A DNA stretch of 64,000 nucleotides from positions 1,674,001-1,738,000 of the forward strand of contig JBHGNT010000011.1 in assembly GCA_043228905.1 (NCBI GenBank), in the 5' to 3' direction. The notes beneath the pieces were generated by a model, which was given only the letters and a program-made list of their open reading frames with translations, was not told where the DNA came from and did no database searches. The position numbers were made by a program, and so were the translations under genes. This document shows positions 1 through 13,354 of the stretch, one piece after another; the stretch's first letter is position 1; each line of letters opens with the position of its first letter. This stretch comes from Azolla caroliniana. Lineage: Eukaryota > Plantae > Polypodiophyta.

Positions 1-2587
1 ATATGTCTTGGGGGCCTAGTGTCTAAGTTCAGAGCGTTCCGAATGGCGGTATGTACAAGGGAGAATACGCCGTCATTTTTCGACTTACAGTCGATGCTCC
101 TTGTCGAGGAGAACCACATTGATGCATCAACAAGTGCACCCATCAACAGCCGGATGATGTACACGGAGGAGGATCGGCCTCGTGGGCATGGTGGACGAGG
201 CGGGTCGACCCGCACTGGTAGAGGCAAGCAAGAGCAGGACTAAAGGCATAGAGAACGTGCCAACAGTAGTTCCGGACCCTCCACAAGCAAGGGGAGTGAA
301 GGCGGCGCCGGAGGCCGGCAAGCAAAGGCCGACACGAAATGTTGGTACTGTGGTAAAAAGGGCCACAGAGAAAATGAGTGTTGGAAGAAGCGCGCCAATT
401 CGGACAGATCCGGATCAGGCAAGCCCGACAGAGAGAACCGGCAATACTCGCACTATGCAGGAGGATCAAGAGGATCCAAAACCGGAAAAGTCAGTAAAGG
501 GCCAACCTTGGTGATGAAACATGAGGCTAACTCGATGAAGAAGACCACTTCCAAATTGGAGGAAGTGTGGTACGTTGATTCCGGTGCGTCGAATCACATG
601 ATGAGTCACAAAGAGTGGTTCTCTTTCTTGTAGAAACCGGAACAACCGGAGACGACACTACTCACCCAATTGTGCATGTCAAAGAAGTCCCTTTGAGCCA
701 CGTCGGACAGAGGGGGAAGTTGATGAACGTATTACACGTTCCGACTATCACGAAGAACCTAGTGTTAGTCGATTAGATCATTGACCAGGGGATGCAAGTG
801 TGGTTTACGCACCTTGGGTGCTTCATTGAGGAAGAGGGCCAGATTATTGCGCAAGGGCGCAGAGATGGGAGGATGTTCATCCTCGACACCAATGACGTCG
901 GCACCGATTTGTTCGCCAAAGGACAGAATATTGAATTGGATATTGATCTCTAGCACAAGCGGATCGGCCACGTCAATTACCGGAGGCTTCAAGACCTGCA
1001 AACGAAACAAGTTGTTTTCGGTTTGCCGAAGTTCAGTGGCCGGAAGGCTGAAATTTGTGAAGCATGCCAACTCGAGAAGCAACACCAGCTTCCATTCCCC
1101 ACTGATCAAAACCAAAGCCATAACAAGCTCGATGTATGGGGACCGACACAAAATGTTAGTCTTGGCAGGAGTCGGTATTTCGTCTCCTTCATCGACGACT
1201 ACAGTCGGCACACATTGATCTACCTCATTGAGCAGAAGAGCGAAGTCTTCGAGTGTTTTCGGAACCTGTAAAGCTTGGTTGAACGGGAAATGGAGAGGAA
1301 GATCAAGTGTCTACGGTCGGATGGCGGAAAAGAATACTTTTCCGGCCAATTCAACAGTTATCTATAGCAAAAAGGAATTCGGAGAGAGTTTAGCTGCAGA
1401 TACACACCGGAGCAAAATGGTGTGGCCAAGAGGAAGAACCGGTCGATTATCGACGCGGCAAGGGCAATGCTAGAGGAGAAGAGCATGCCCAAATTCTACT
1501 AGGCTGAGGCGGTCTGGATGGCCGTTTATATCCAAAACCGGATCGGTGACAAGGTGTCCGCGAATGAGCTGTATTTCGGGTGCAAGCCGAACTTGAGACA
1601 CCTTTGGATATTCGGTAGCATTGCATATGTGCATGTGCCGGATGAGAAGCGGAGGAAGTTAGATGCAAAGTCGAAGAAATGCATCCTGGTCGAAGTTACT
1701 CGCATGAGCAAAAGGGGTATAAGTGTTATAACCCCCCGGACGAAGCAGGTCCGAGTTAGCCGAAATGTTCAGTTTGATGAAACAACATCATGGTATGCCT
1801 TACCGGCTCCGACTTCCGACCCCGTCCCAATACCGGAGGATGAGGCTAGTGAGCCTGAACCAGTCCAGTTAGAAGACGAAGGTTTCAAGACTCTAGATAT
1901 GAGTCCAAAATCGTTTCGGTTGAGCGGGCCGAACGAGCGACTGGGTCAGATAGACTAGTCGGAAGATGAACTAGTGAGTACTGGAGACTCTGCCGTGTTC
2001 CCCCCGCGCAAGGAACCGAGGAGACGGTTCACGCACAAGGAAAAGGGGAAGAGGAAGATGCCAGAGCACGAGAACGGCAATGGTGAGTCGGATTGGAGCG
2101 GATCAGACTCTGAAAAAGAAGAAGACGGATTTTCGGCAACGAAGACCGAACAGGCCAAGAGGGGTGACTGTAGTACAAGTGTCATTTACTACAAGGAGTG
2201 GGGGGAACACGTGAGGAGATGTTCTTTCCATTTTGGGGGCTATTTTCCCCTCACGTCATTTTTGGCGGTTCCCCTCATACTCTTCTTCCTCTATCCCTCT
2301 GAGCTCTTCGTCTCACACATCCATGTCACGTTTTTGCTTTTCCTCCAATCTAAGAGTTTTGTTAGGGTTTAGGGAGCAAATCTCAGACATCCATGTAAGG
2401 TTGGAGCTTTTGAGTTGAGGATTTTTGGTTTTTTAGGGTTTCTGTTTTTGTTAGGGTTTAGGTTGAGGAATAGAGACTGTTCTGAGGCCTCTTATAACAG
2501 CCAATAGTGACTTCTTCGACAACAACTTTCTTACTTCCACCGATTGCAGTTTATGTCGTGGTGATTTGGGGCTTTTTCCATCGAGGC

Positions 2588-2786
2588 GAGGATCCTTCCA
2601 CCGAATCCAAGCGGCATATCACAAAGATTCAAGGCGCCCTCCACCATTGGAGGTTCCTTCCACTAAATCAAGGCGGCATATCACAAAGATTCAAGGCACC
2701 CTCCACCATTGGAGGTTCCTTCCAGCAAATCGAGGTGGCATATCACACAGAATCAACGCTCCCGCCACCATTGGAGGTTCCTTCCA
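2588..2786. repeat. 62-bp tandem repeat, ~3.2 copies, subterminal
   Basis: GAGG(T/A)TCCTTCCA recurs at 2588, 2650, 2712 and 2774, with CATATCAC and CCACCATTG in each unit. Confidence 0.93.
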
Positions 2787-3018
2787 TCTATTTTTTTATT
2801 TTCAGGACAAAATTTTTTCATTTCTTCATTTTTCAGTACTAAATTTTTAGATTTTACAATTTTCATATTTGATCCATAATTCTAATGTTCGAAACGAATT
2901 ATTTCTCACTTTACAAGCCACATTTAAAAACATTTGACTGTGTTTTCTTAGTGTAGTCTATATAACATTAACTACTCTCGCCGGACACTTAATTTTTTTG
3001 GATAAATCTAGTGACCAA

Positions 3019-6000
3019 ATGGGGGTCCCCAATGAGAGTGAGTTGTCAAGAAACTCATGTATATCTGAAAGGACCAAGAGACAAGTGGTTCTTCACATAG
3101 TCCGTTATTTGGTAGAAATAACGAAGAGATTTAGTGAAGAGGATCGTAGAGATATTATATGTAGAGTGTTACACCATCAACGTTTGAATGAAGACATGGA
3201 GAGAATAAAATTTAGGAACCAATGCGTTTCAGAAGAGATTGTAGAGTCTATGAAGTCATCCCTAGACTTAGTGAAAGGTGTAGAGAGCATAGACAAACTT
3301 GTTGCAAAGAGGGCAGCCCTACACATGGTTGTGAACAGTGCGAGACAAAAAAAATATAGTGATACTAAAGTTGCCTTATCCCTGGGTATTCAAAGAAGGA
3401 ACTTGAGGAAACATTGCCGAAATATACACTCAAGCCAATTCAAGTGGTTGGGGTTGGGACGTAGACAACGATGCGATGCCTTATCTCAAGAGATTATTGA
3501 GAAAGTGGATTCATTTTGGACCAAAAATACATGTGTCTCACCAAATAAGAAGGACGTGTGTAGACAACAAATAAGTCAGGGTAAGTACCAGATTCACCCT
3601 AGAAACTTCTTGGAGATGACAGAGGTATTCCATATTTTTATATCAATTCATATTCCATAAAATTCTGTTTTGACCAACTATATATTAATGTTTGCTATAT
3701 ATATTGGTTGATGTAGGCTGAATTGTACATGAACTTTAAAGACCAACATCCAAGCTTGATTGTTGGATTCCGCAAGTTCCAAGGTTTGAAACCATTTTAT
3801 GTTAGAAAATTAAATGAGAGGAATACATGTTATTGTGTGTACCACGTGAAGATGGACATGTTAAGGCTAGGAGGGAATGCAATGCGTATTGATTCTAAGG
3901 GTATACACGGGGATTTATGTGTCTGCACTTGTGAGGTTTGTAGACCAAATGGGGAGGATAATAGGTGTAATGCACGAAACATGATTTATGCATCCGTTTC
4001 TGAGCTATGGAGGTCTTGTGTTTGTGAAAAAGAACCATCATGTGAGTGGCATCGTCGTACATGTCTATTAAGAACATGTAAGGTTTGTCCGCTACCATTA
4101 TTTTGTAGGCAGGAGCTTGATTTGGGAAACAGTCATATCGTGAAATGGAAATATTTAGAGTATGTGACTGAAAATATTGGCAAGGGACTTGTAACTAAGC
4201 GTATCAAGGAAGTATATAAGGAGACATGTACTGCTACCCTTGTCTCAGAATTTAAGAAACAACTTGGGGAGTTCATTCCACATAACTTCCGGAGTTATTG
4301 GCAAAATTCACAGTTCAAGGAATGTATTAATAACTTACCAACGGGTGTCATCATATCCATTATTGACTTTGCAGAACACTATACATTTAAAGTTCAAAAT
4401 GAGGTTCAATTAATGCATTGGTACAATGATCAATGTACAATACTTGTACATATTTGCTATTGGAGGCAAGACGGTGAGTTACATAAGAAATCAATATTTT
4501 ACATTTCAGATGATAAAAAGCATGATACACTATTTGTTCAACATTGTTTCAAGCTTCACCATGCAGATTTATTGTCTCTAGGGTTAACCTTTAACCGTCA
4601 TTGGGTTTGGTCTGATGGTGCTGCCTTGCAGTTTAAGGCGGCACGATCGTTCTACTTTATCGCCAAGTAATTTTTAATCCATATGTTTAGTACTTATCAT
4701 GCAATGTGTAAGGAAGTAATTCTTGTGTTAGTGCATGCATACTAATTATGTTTGTAACTATTCACACACAGTACTATTCACATGGATGCATACTAATTAT
4801 GTTTGTAACTATTCGAACACAGCACTATTCACATGGATGCATGCATACTAATTTTGTTTGTAACTAAGTTAACTGTTCTTGATTGATCAAATAGTACTAT
4901 CTTGTCACGTGAATCTGTGTTTATTATCTTTTAATCCATGTGAAGTGTTCTCCATAGACAAAGTGTACTATGTTGTGTGTTGTATCTTTACTAAATCAGT
5001 ATTTACTGAAGGATGTAAAGTACTCGTATTGTACTCTATAGTATTGTCCGTGCTTAAGAGAATTGTACTAATTATCTTTAATCCATGTGAAGTGTTCTCC
5101 ATAGACACATTGTACTGTGTTGTGTGTTGTATCTGTACTATGTTGTGTTTACAGAAGGATGTAAAGTACTCGTCTTGTACTCATAGTATTGTCCGTCCTT
5201 AAGAGAATTGTACTAATTATCTTTTAATCCATGTGAAGTGTTCTCCATAGACACATTGTATTATGTTGTGTGTTGTATCTGTACTATGTTATGTTTACAG
5301 AAGGATGTAAAGTACTCGTCTTGTACTCATAGTATTGTCCGTCCTTAAGAGAATTGTACTAATTATCTTTTAATCCATGTGAAGTGTTCTCCATAGACAC
5401 ATTGTACTATGTTGTATGTTGTATCTGTACTAAATCAGTATTTACTGAAGGATGTAAAGTACTCGTCTTGTACTCATAGTATTGTCCGTCCTTAAGAGAA
5501 TTGTACTAATCATCTTTTAATCCATGTGAAGTGTTCTCCATCGACACATTGTACTATGTTGTGTGTTGTATATGTAGTAAATCAGTATTTACTCATCTTG
5601 TACTCATAGTATTGTCCGTCCTTAAGAGAATTGTACTAATTATCTTTTAATCCATGTTGAGGGTTTTCCATGGACACTGTATTGTATTGTGTGTTATATC
5701 TGTACTAAATCAGTAATTATCGAAGGATGTAAAGTACATGTCTTTTACTCATAGTATTGTCCTAGATTGAAGAGTTTGTACTAATTATCTATGAATCAAT
5801 GTTGAGTGTTCTCCATGAACACACTGTATTGTACTTAGTGTTGTATCTATACTAAATTAGTAATTATCAAAAGATGTAAAGTACATGTCTTGTACTCATA
5901 GTACTGTCTTATATTGAAGAGTTCGTACTAATTATCTATTAATCCATGCTAAGTGTTCTCCATGAACACATTGTATTGTACTATGTGTTGTATCTATACT

Positions 6001-7265
6001 AAATCAGTGTTTATTGGGGGATGTAAAGTACATGTGTTGTAATACTAATTATCTTCTAAGGAGGGTTGTGTTCTCCGTGGACACATTGTACTGTATTGTG
6101 TATTGTATATGTACTAAATCAGTATTAATGAATGTAAAGTACTCGTCGTCAGCAACATAGTACTATCTGATATTGAAGAGTTTGTACTATTTATCTGTTA
6201 ATTCATGTAGAGTGCTTTCAATGAATTCATTGTACTATGCTTTGTGCTATATCCATACTAAATTAGTATTAATGGATGCCAAGTTCACATGGTTGACAAC
6301 ATAGTACTATTTATCTTTTAATAAGTGTAGAGTTTTCTCAATGGATACGTTGTGCTATGCTTTGTTTTGTATTTGTACTAAATCAGTATTAATGGATGTG
6401 TAGTACTCTCGATTGACAACATAGTACTAATTTTGTTGGAAACCTATGATACAAAAGCAGGTATTTCTCCTTATTCAACATTCGTATGCAATGGAACTAA
6501 TTCGGGTCTGGACATGGAAAAGGAGAGCATGATGTTGTGCAGTGGCTCACATGGAAGATGTCAAATGATGGTAAGAACAGATTGTTTGTTGAAGTTCGCG
6601 CTGATGAGGTTGATAGAACTAAATCATATTGTTGTAAAACCGTGAAAGTCACACGCAACACCCATTGTGTATTAGGGTTTAGGCGCAAGGACACAACACA
6701 ATTGTTACTCCGTACTTTATCATGCTTTTGTTCCATGTGTATAGATGAAGCTTGGGATAAATGCATCAACCTATCAATCGTCGAGCCCTGGAAGATGCAG
6801 AAGCTTGAGCCTGAACGACACAATGATATTGAAGAGGATGCGCATTCAAACGATATTGTATACTACAACCAACATCAAGACTTGGCAGTTTTATTGGATG
6901 TTGGAGATCATTTTGCAGTGCTCAAATCTCCTCAGAATGAAGATTTAGAAGACTACTACATTGTGGTATGCAAGCAAGGAAAGACATTATTGAAAGAAGT
7001 GGTGAGGGATGGTTGGGGCAACAATTTCAACCTTGGTGAGTCTGTCGTGTATGGAAACTATTATGCAAAGTTGCCGTAGTGCAAGAACACATATGCATTA
7101 CTAAAAGAAGCACTGATCGCAATAATCTACGTTAATGCCATTCTTGCGATCAAATTCAATATGTCTCAAGCAAAGCACAAGGTTAAGGGATACAACACTA
7201 TCTACAAGGTCCCCCAAGAGGTTCATGAGCACATATTAGGGGAGGTCTCTCTATTTAATGCTTGA
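3019..7265 (+). pseudogene. Spliced Sola2-like DDD transposase pseudogene (exons ~3019-3624, 3717-4666, 6461-7265)
   Basis: GT-AG introns at 3625-3716 and 4667-6460 join the ORFs in frame. Motifs: CYCVYH/CxCxC Cys-rich region, IIDFAEHY, YISDDKKHD, WSDGAALQFK, FGSGHGKGEHD, RTLSCFCSMC. In-frame stops at 6498 (TAA) and 7077 (TAG), and an apparent deletion right after GEHD. Confidence 0.8.
4925..6430. repeat. ~146-147-bp tandem array (~10 copies) filling transposase intron 2
   Basis: AATC(C/A)ATG recurs at 4933, 5080, 5226, 5372, 5519, 5649, 5794 and 5941; copies diverge towards the right. Confidence 0.95.
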
Positions 7266-8179
7266 AAGTCACCCTATCAATACATTGTACCAAAAAACTG
7301 AAAAACATCCACTTGTAGTTCACTATTTGATGTATTGATATATTAATTTTGATGATTGACAAATGAATCGATATATTTCGTCTTTCTTCTATTATGTATT
7401 ATGAATCGATATATTTGATGTATTGAGACTATTTATTGAGCTTGTATTGTAAGTGTTTATGGTAATTATAGAGTTGCTTGTTTCCATGGTTTAAGGTGTG
7501 AAGTCTTCAATACTTTTGTATTGTCAATGTTTATGGTAGTTATAGAATTGCTTGTTTCTATGGTTTAAGGTGTGAAGTCTTGAATACTTAGTAGCCTAAA
7601 TATGGCCCAAACTTATTCAACTATCAAGTCTCTATTGTGTGCACTCAAGTCATTATTCAACTCTAACCATGTGCAGTCAAGGAGAGCATACTTCGCAAGT
7701 ATCAATATACATATTAGTACTAACGAAAGTATCAATATACATATTAGTTTAGTACTAATGTCAATTGCAAGTATTAAGTAATACATAGCAGTCTCCCAAT
7801 GTCAATTGCAAGTATTAAGTAATACATAGTAGTCTCCCAAAGTATCTCAGTTAGACGGATACATACATCTGATGTAAAGTTTGGTTGCATGACAGTATAA
7901 ACCAATCTTCTAAATCTTCATTTGGTATAACGAACTGTATATAACATCTCAGTTAACAATATAGAATTTTATTTGTAATCAACACAATCATGGCTGCATG
8001 GGAGTGTACCTGGGAGTGTGATAAATTCGTACCTCCCTCACCAAAGATCATTTCAGAATTAGCAATATAGAAATTCAGATTGCACTACAACACTAGATGA
8101 GTGATCTGATCTTCACAACATTTCAGAGTTAACAATAGAATACATTTTCATTCTCTGCAATTGGCAATATAGAATTTCA

Positions 8180-8508
8180 CACTGGTATAACTATTGGATT
8201 TTGGTATACCAAATAGTTCAATTTCAGACATCACTAACAGTTCTAAAGTTCAAGTACAATCGTAAGACAATCGAAAGACATTGGTATAACTATTTCAGAT
8301 AAATGAGACAGTATTTTGGTATACCAAATAGTTCAATTTCAGACATCACTAACAGTTCAGCTAAAGTTCAAGTACAATCGAAAGACAATTGAAAGACACT
8401 GGTATAACTATTTCAGATAAATGAGACAGTATTTTGGTATACCCAATAGTTCAATTTCAGAAATCACTAACAGTTCAGCTAAAGTTCAAGTACAATCGAA
8501 AGACAATC
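8180..8508. repeat. ~115-118-bp tandem repeat, ~3 copies
   Basis: TTGGTATACC(A/C)AATAGTTCAATTTCAGA at 8201, 8316 and 8434. Confidence 0.92.
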
Positions 8509-11500
8509 AGGCACTAGAGGGCAATTTGGCTGATCTTGTAATGCGCTTATTGTTGGTGCCAGTTTTTTCTGATTTTACATTCTTCTTTATCTTAAAGCCT
8601 TTAGGTATCAGTTGACTAAGTGGCACTTCATCATCAGATGCATCAGAGACAGGCGTGGATGCACCTTGTACTAGTGGCAAGCTTGAGAGAGCAACTATGT
8701 TTTCTGCAATTGCAATGCTTGTACACACATCCACAAAGGTACTGTCGATAGAAAAATTATCACTCATCTCCTGAATGTGGGTTGTTTTAGTACTCATGTT
8801 GTTGCTAGTATGCTCATTCTCAATACAATTAGGCTCCTGTATGTGGGCTACAGCAATACTCCTGGCGAACTCTTGGCTAGTGATAGTCAACTCATTCTTA
8901 AGACCATTGTGCTCTCCTTCTTGGGTCAACTCCTCTTGTACGGTGGTTGTCACCTCATTCTTAAGAGAACCGTGCTCCCCTTCTTGGGTGGTCTTTATTG
9001 CATGGTCCTCATGGGTGATGCTAGTAGGCTCCCCTTCATTAGTAACGATGTTCTTTCCACAATCCTCATGGGATTCTTTAGACACTACTAGCACATTCTC
9101 AATACAATTCGGCTCCTCTTCAGTACTAGCGATGTTCTTTCCACACTCCTCATGGGAATCTTTAGACACTACAATTACATTCTCAGTACAATCAGTCTTC
9201 TCTTTAGTACTTGCCATATTCTTTCCACACTCCTCATGGGCTTCTTTAGACAAATTGTTGTTTGTACATGCCAGCTGCTCTTCAAATATGAATGCTTCGT
9301 TTTTCTCACGGTCCTCATGTATGGAAGATGTGCTTCCAGAGCCTACCTCCGTGCAAAGGTTAATCCCAAAATCTGACTCTGCACTTGTGCTCCATATAGT
9401 TCCCAATTCATTTGATTGCAATTGGGAATCGGACTACTCTTGTAAACCTAAATAATGGGATTCCAAAGAATATTAGTATCAACTCACATACTCAAAAGTT
9501 TGCAAACATACCAACAACAATGAACATAGGGTTAAGATCCACATTTTTACCTATTGTTACATCGTCATACTGTACAGCCGTAGATACCCCATTGCAAGTG
9601 GTATGCTCGATCATCTTCTCCACAACATCTACGTGCTCAACAGGGTTGTTATGATCTATAGAATGCACCAAAAGCAATACTATCATAGGGTTGTTATGAT
9701 CTAAATCATTGTTTTCAAAACTGGCTTTTGATGTGTACCTAGGAGTGTGATAAAATCGTCTTCACGATCAGGTTTTGGACTCATATCTCCCTCACCAAAG
9801 ATCATTTCGTCATCAGCTAGTAACACAAGTACACTGTATTAGACAATGCATTAGGTTGACAACTCTCCGGATAGGTGAGAACATATATGACTCACCATTG
9901 CATTCAACTTTGCCTTTCTTGCCCTTTCCATACAACATTCTTACAACATTCCTCTTCTTAGTTGGCTCTATTTCTAAAGAAATTAGGCATTCAACACTTT
10001 CTCAAATGAGAATTAAGATATGTTGGCAAAATTTGTGTTGCCTGGATTGTTTTGAGGTTGACCGGAGCTTGGGGATTTTGTTTGTAGAAGCATATGTTCC
10101 ACTCCTCCAATGGCCCTTCTCATACATTCATCTTCATCATAAAACTCATAGGTTATTGGTAATGATGGTCCCTGAACCTTGGAATGTTCAGCAGATACCG
10201 AGGGTTTAGGCACAAGGGCCGGTTGTTCCATTACCTTCCCTGGCGTGGAGTTGCTTGACACTACAACATTCATTGCAAGAAACCAAAAAGCCTTCAAGGT
10301 TAGTACCGTGATATAAAATATACAATGTAAGTCACAAGAGTTGCATTACTAATTCATTAAGCTACACCTAGTTCCCATATTACACAACTAGTATTAATCG
10401 TGAACAATGTACTACTCACTTAGTTCCCAATTTACACAAGTAGTACTAATCATGAACAATGTACTACTAACTTAGTCAAATTACACAAGGAGTACTAATC
10501 ATGAACAATGTACCACTCACTTAGTTGCCAAATTACACAAATAGTACTAATCATGAACAATGTACTAATCCTGAACAATATATTACTCACTTAGTTCCTA
10601 AATTACTGAACTGGTACTAATAAGGAACGGAAGTAGTACTAATAATGAACAATGTACTGCTCACTTAGTTCCCAATTTACACAAGTAGTACTAATCATGA
10701 ACAATGTACTACTAACTTAGTCAAATTACACAAGGAGTACTAATCATGAACAATGTACCACTCACTTAGTTGCCAAATTACACAAATAGTACTAATCATG
10801 AACAATGTACTAATCCTGAACAATATATTACTCACTTAGTTCCTAAATTACTGAACTGGTACTAATAAGGAACGGAAGTAGTACTAATAATGAACAATGT
10901 ACTGCTCACTTAGTTCCCAATTTACACAAGTAGTACTAATCATGCACAATGCACTACTCACTTAGTTCCTAAATTACACAAGGAGTACTAATCATGAGCA
11001 ATGGACTAAGTTCCCAATTTACAAAACTAGTACTAATCATGAGCAATGTACTACTCACTTAGTTCCCAATTTACAGAACTAGTACTAATCATGAACAATG
11101 TACTACTCGCTAAGTACTAATCGTCAACAATGTACTACAAGTATAGTGTGTACTAACACTAGTACTAGGCACGTTGTAATATAGATTGGACTAACATTTA
11201 ATCCAACAAATGTAGATTGGATTTTAGTACTAATGTGGTATTTTGCACACAAGTAATACTAAACATGATATGTGTTCTACACACCTAATTACATAACTTG
11301 TACTAATTACACCAACTATATTAATCTTGAACAGTATTAGTACTAAACGTGATATGTGTTTGACACACCTCATTTCCAAATTACACAAACTGTACTAATA
11401 TTCAGCAATTTACTATACACCTTGTTCCCAAATTACATAACTAGTACTAATTCCCAAGTTACACAAACAATACTACAAGTATAGTGTCTACTAAACTAGT

Positions 11501-13354
11501 ACTAGGCAAGTTGCAATATAGATTGGACGATGTTGTACCTGGTTCCCTTTTAGTACTAATTCTGGAAAATATCCCTTCAACTACACATACCAATTATATA
11601 TTAAGAGTATTGCTAATACTAACCCACATAATTAGGGTTCCACATATTAGTTGTTAGAGATACATTAATATTACTCCATTGTTCTCCTAAATTTGAAGTA
11701 TGAATTGTGGCGTACACTAGTTCTAATCCAAATGTAAATTGACATCATATAATACAAACAATAGAATAGTAGAGCCACATATCAAGGTCTCTCATTTGTG
11801 AACCTAATTGAGTGCCCATATTGTTTAGCTCTTTCTTCAACTCCTCTTTCAACACCTCACTTTCTGAATTTTGGATTGTCGATGCAATCTATTCATATGT
11901 AGTCTTTAATGAAGAGAATTTCTTTTTTCAGCAAGCAGTGCTTGTATTCTTGAGCTCATAGAAGCTATGCAACTAGCCATCATCTGTTCATGCTTTTCAG
12001 TCATTGTGGCCCGTACCTTTGCAGATTGAACTTGGTGGACAGGTGTTGTAGCCGAAATATCTACATGAGAGGTTCCTGATGACTTCAAGCCAGTGTTGGT
12101 ACTGGAGGACCCTTTATAATGTTTTGACCGGTGCTGATTAAAATCTTCCCAATCTATGTCGATGCCACACTAAACTTCACATGCAAATGCACGTGCAAAA
12201 ACAATACCCACCTCATTGTTACAGATTTGATTTGTATCATAAACATGTTCATATCTCGTCTTCAATAAGTTCACATATTCCCTCTTCAATCCACTTATGT
12301 GGAATCCTCGCCTTGTATCGGGATGTGCTGGCCCCCAGGTTTTTATCAACCACTCTCTCAGCTCAAGATAAACTTCAGGTCGTGCTCGAAGGAAATAACT
12401 CCATCCGAGAGGTGTGTCTCGAATGATGGAGTGGTACATCTTCTTTCTCTGTGTTGATGATTTCATCACCCTTTCTCTTGTGGGTGTCTTCTTGCTTTCT
12501 TTGATAGGTGTCCTTTTTCCTTCCTTCACTGGTGTCTTCACTTTCTCTTTCATCAATGTCTTCTTTATGGGTGTCCTTCTCGTCATTGTCCTCGTCATCA
12601 CTATTCTCATCGAATGAATATGCATGTACTAGAATAAAACTCATCAAATTACCATCAACACATAGCAAATCATCACATTGCATGTACAAGCCATGTCAAA
12701 CACACAAAAACCCTAAATAGTCGGAAGAAAACTCATCCATGTCTAACACATACAAATTAAAAACAGACAGACAGGAAACACAGAGAAAACGAAAACATAG
12801 CAACTCATCACAGCCAACTCCATCTAAGTTGCATGTACAAACCATGTCAAACACACAACCACCCTAAACAATCGAAAGAAAACTCATCCATGTCAAACAC
12901 ATACAAATTAAAAACAGACAGACAAGAAACACAGAGAAAATGAAAACATACCAGTTGAGCATGCAACACATAGACTATGAATAATGAAAACCTAAAAATG
13001 CCCATACACATACAAATTAAAAACAGATGGACAGGAAACATAGAGAAAACGAAAACATACCAGTTGGGCATGCAGCACAGAGAATACCTGGAGGTCGTAC
13101 AAGTTGCACATGCATTGATGGGTCAAAGGCAGATGGAGCCATGGTCAAGGCAGAGGTACCACACCTTGGGAGCACACCAAGCCTTCAAAATCACCTATAT
13201 GCAAGAGGTTGTTGATGAGGCTGCTGCAGAGGAGACAAAGGAGCATACACAAGGAAAGAAAATCAACGACACGAACATAAATCCGGGGAAATAGAAATCT
13301 CTGCATATACAGAGACAGAGATCGAACCTGGCATAGAGGGGAACACAACAACAA
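8507..13354 (-). pseudogene. Second (accessory) gene of the DNA transposon, multi-exon, unknown function
   Basis: Minus-strand ORF pieces: acidic 12375-12689, the ..NNEVGIVFARAFACEV*CGIDIDW.. domain at ~12140-12420, a coiled-coil-like piece at ~11810-12100, 10013-10260, and the 304-aa acidic ORF 8507-9421 with ~28-aa repeats (SKESHEECGKNIAST). The exon structure is not fully resolved; frameshift and stops are present. Confidence 0.55.
10350..11500. repeat. ~50-bp AT-rich tandem array with a 245-bp higher-order duplication
   Basis: Unit GTACTAATCATGAACAATGTACTACTCACTTAGTTCCCAATTTACACAA. The marker TAAGGAACGGAAG occurs at 10621 and 10866. Confidence 0.92.

Noticed and set aside
8775-9455. 226-aa hydrophobic Ser-rich ORF on +
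   Set aside because: It is the antisense shadow of the repetitive acidic ORF 8507-9421.
4925-11500. CRISPR-like interpretation of the tandem arrays
   Set aside because: Units are homologous along their whole length with no unique spacers, there are no cas-like ORFs, and the context is eukaryotic and intronic.
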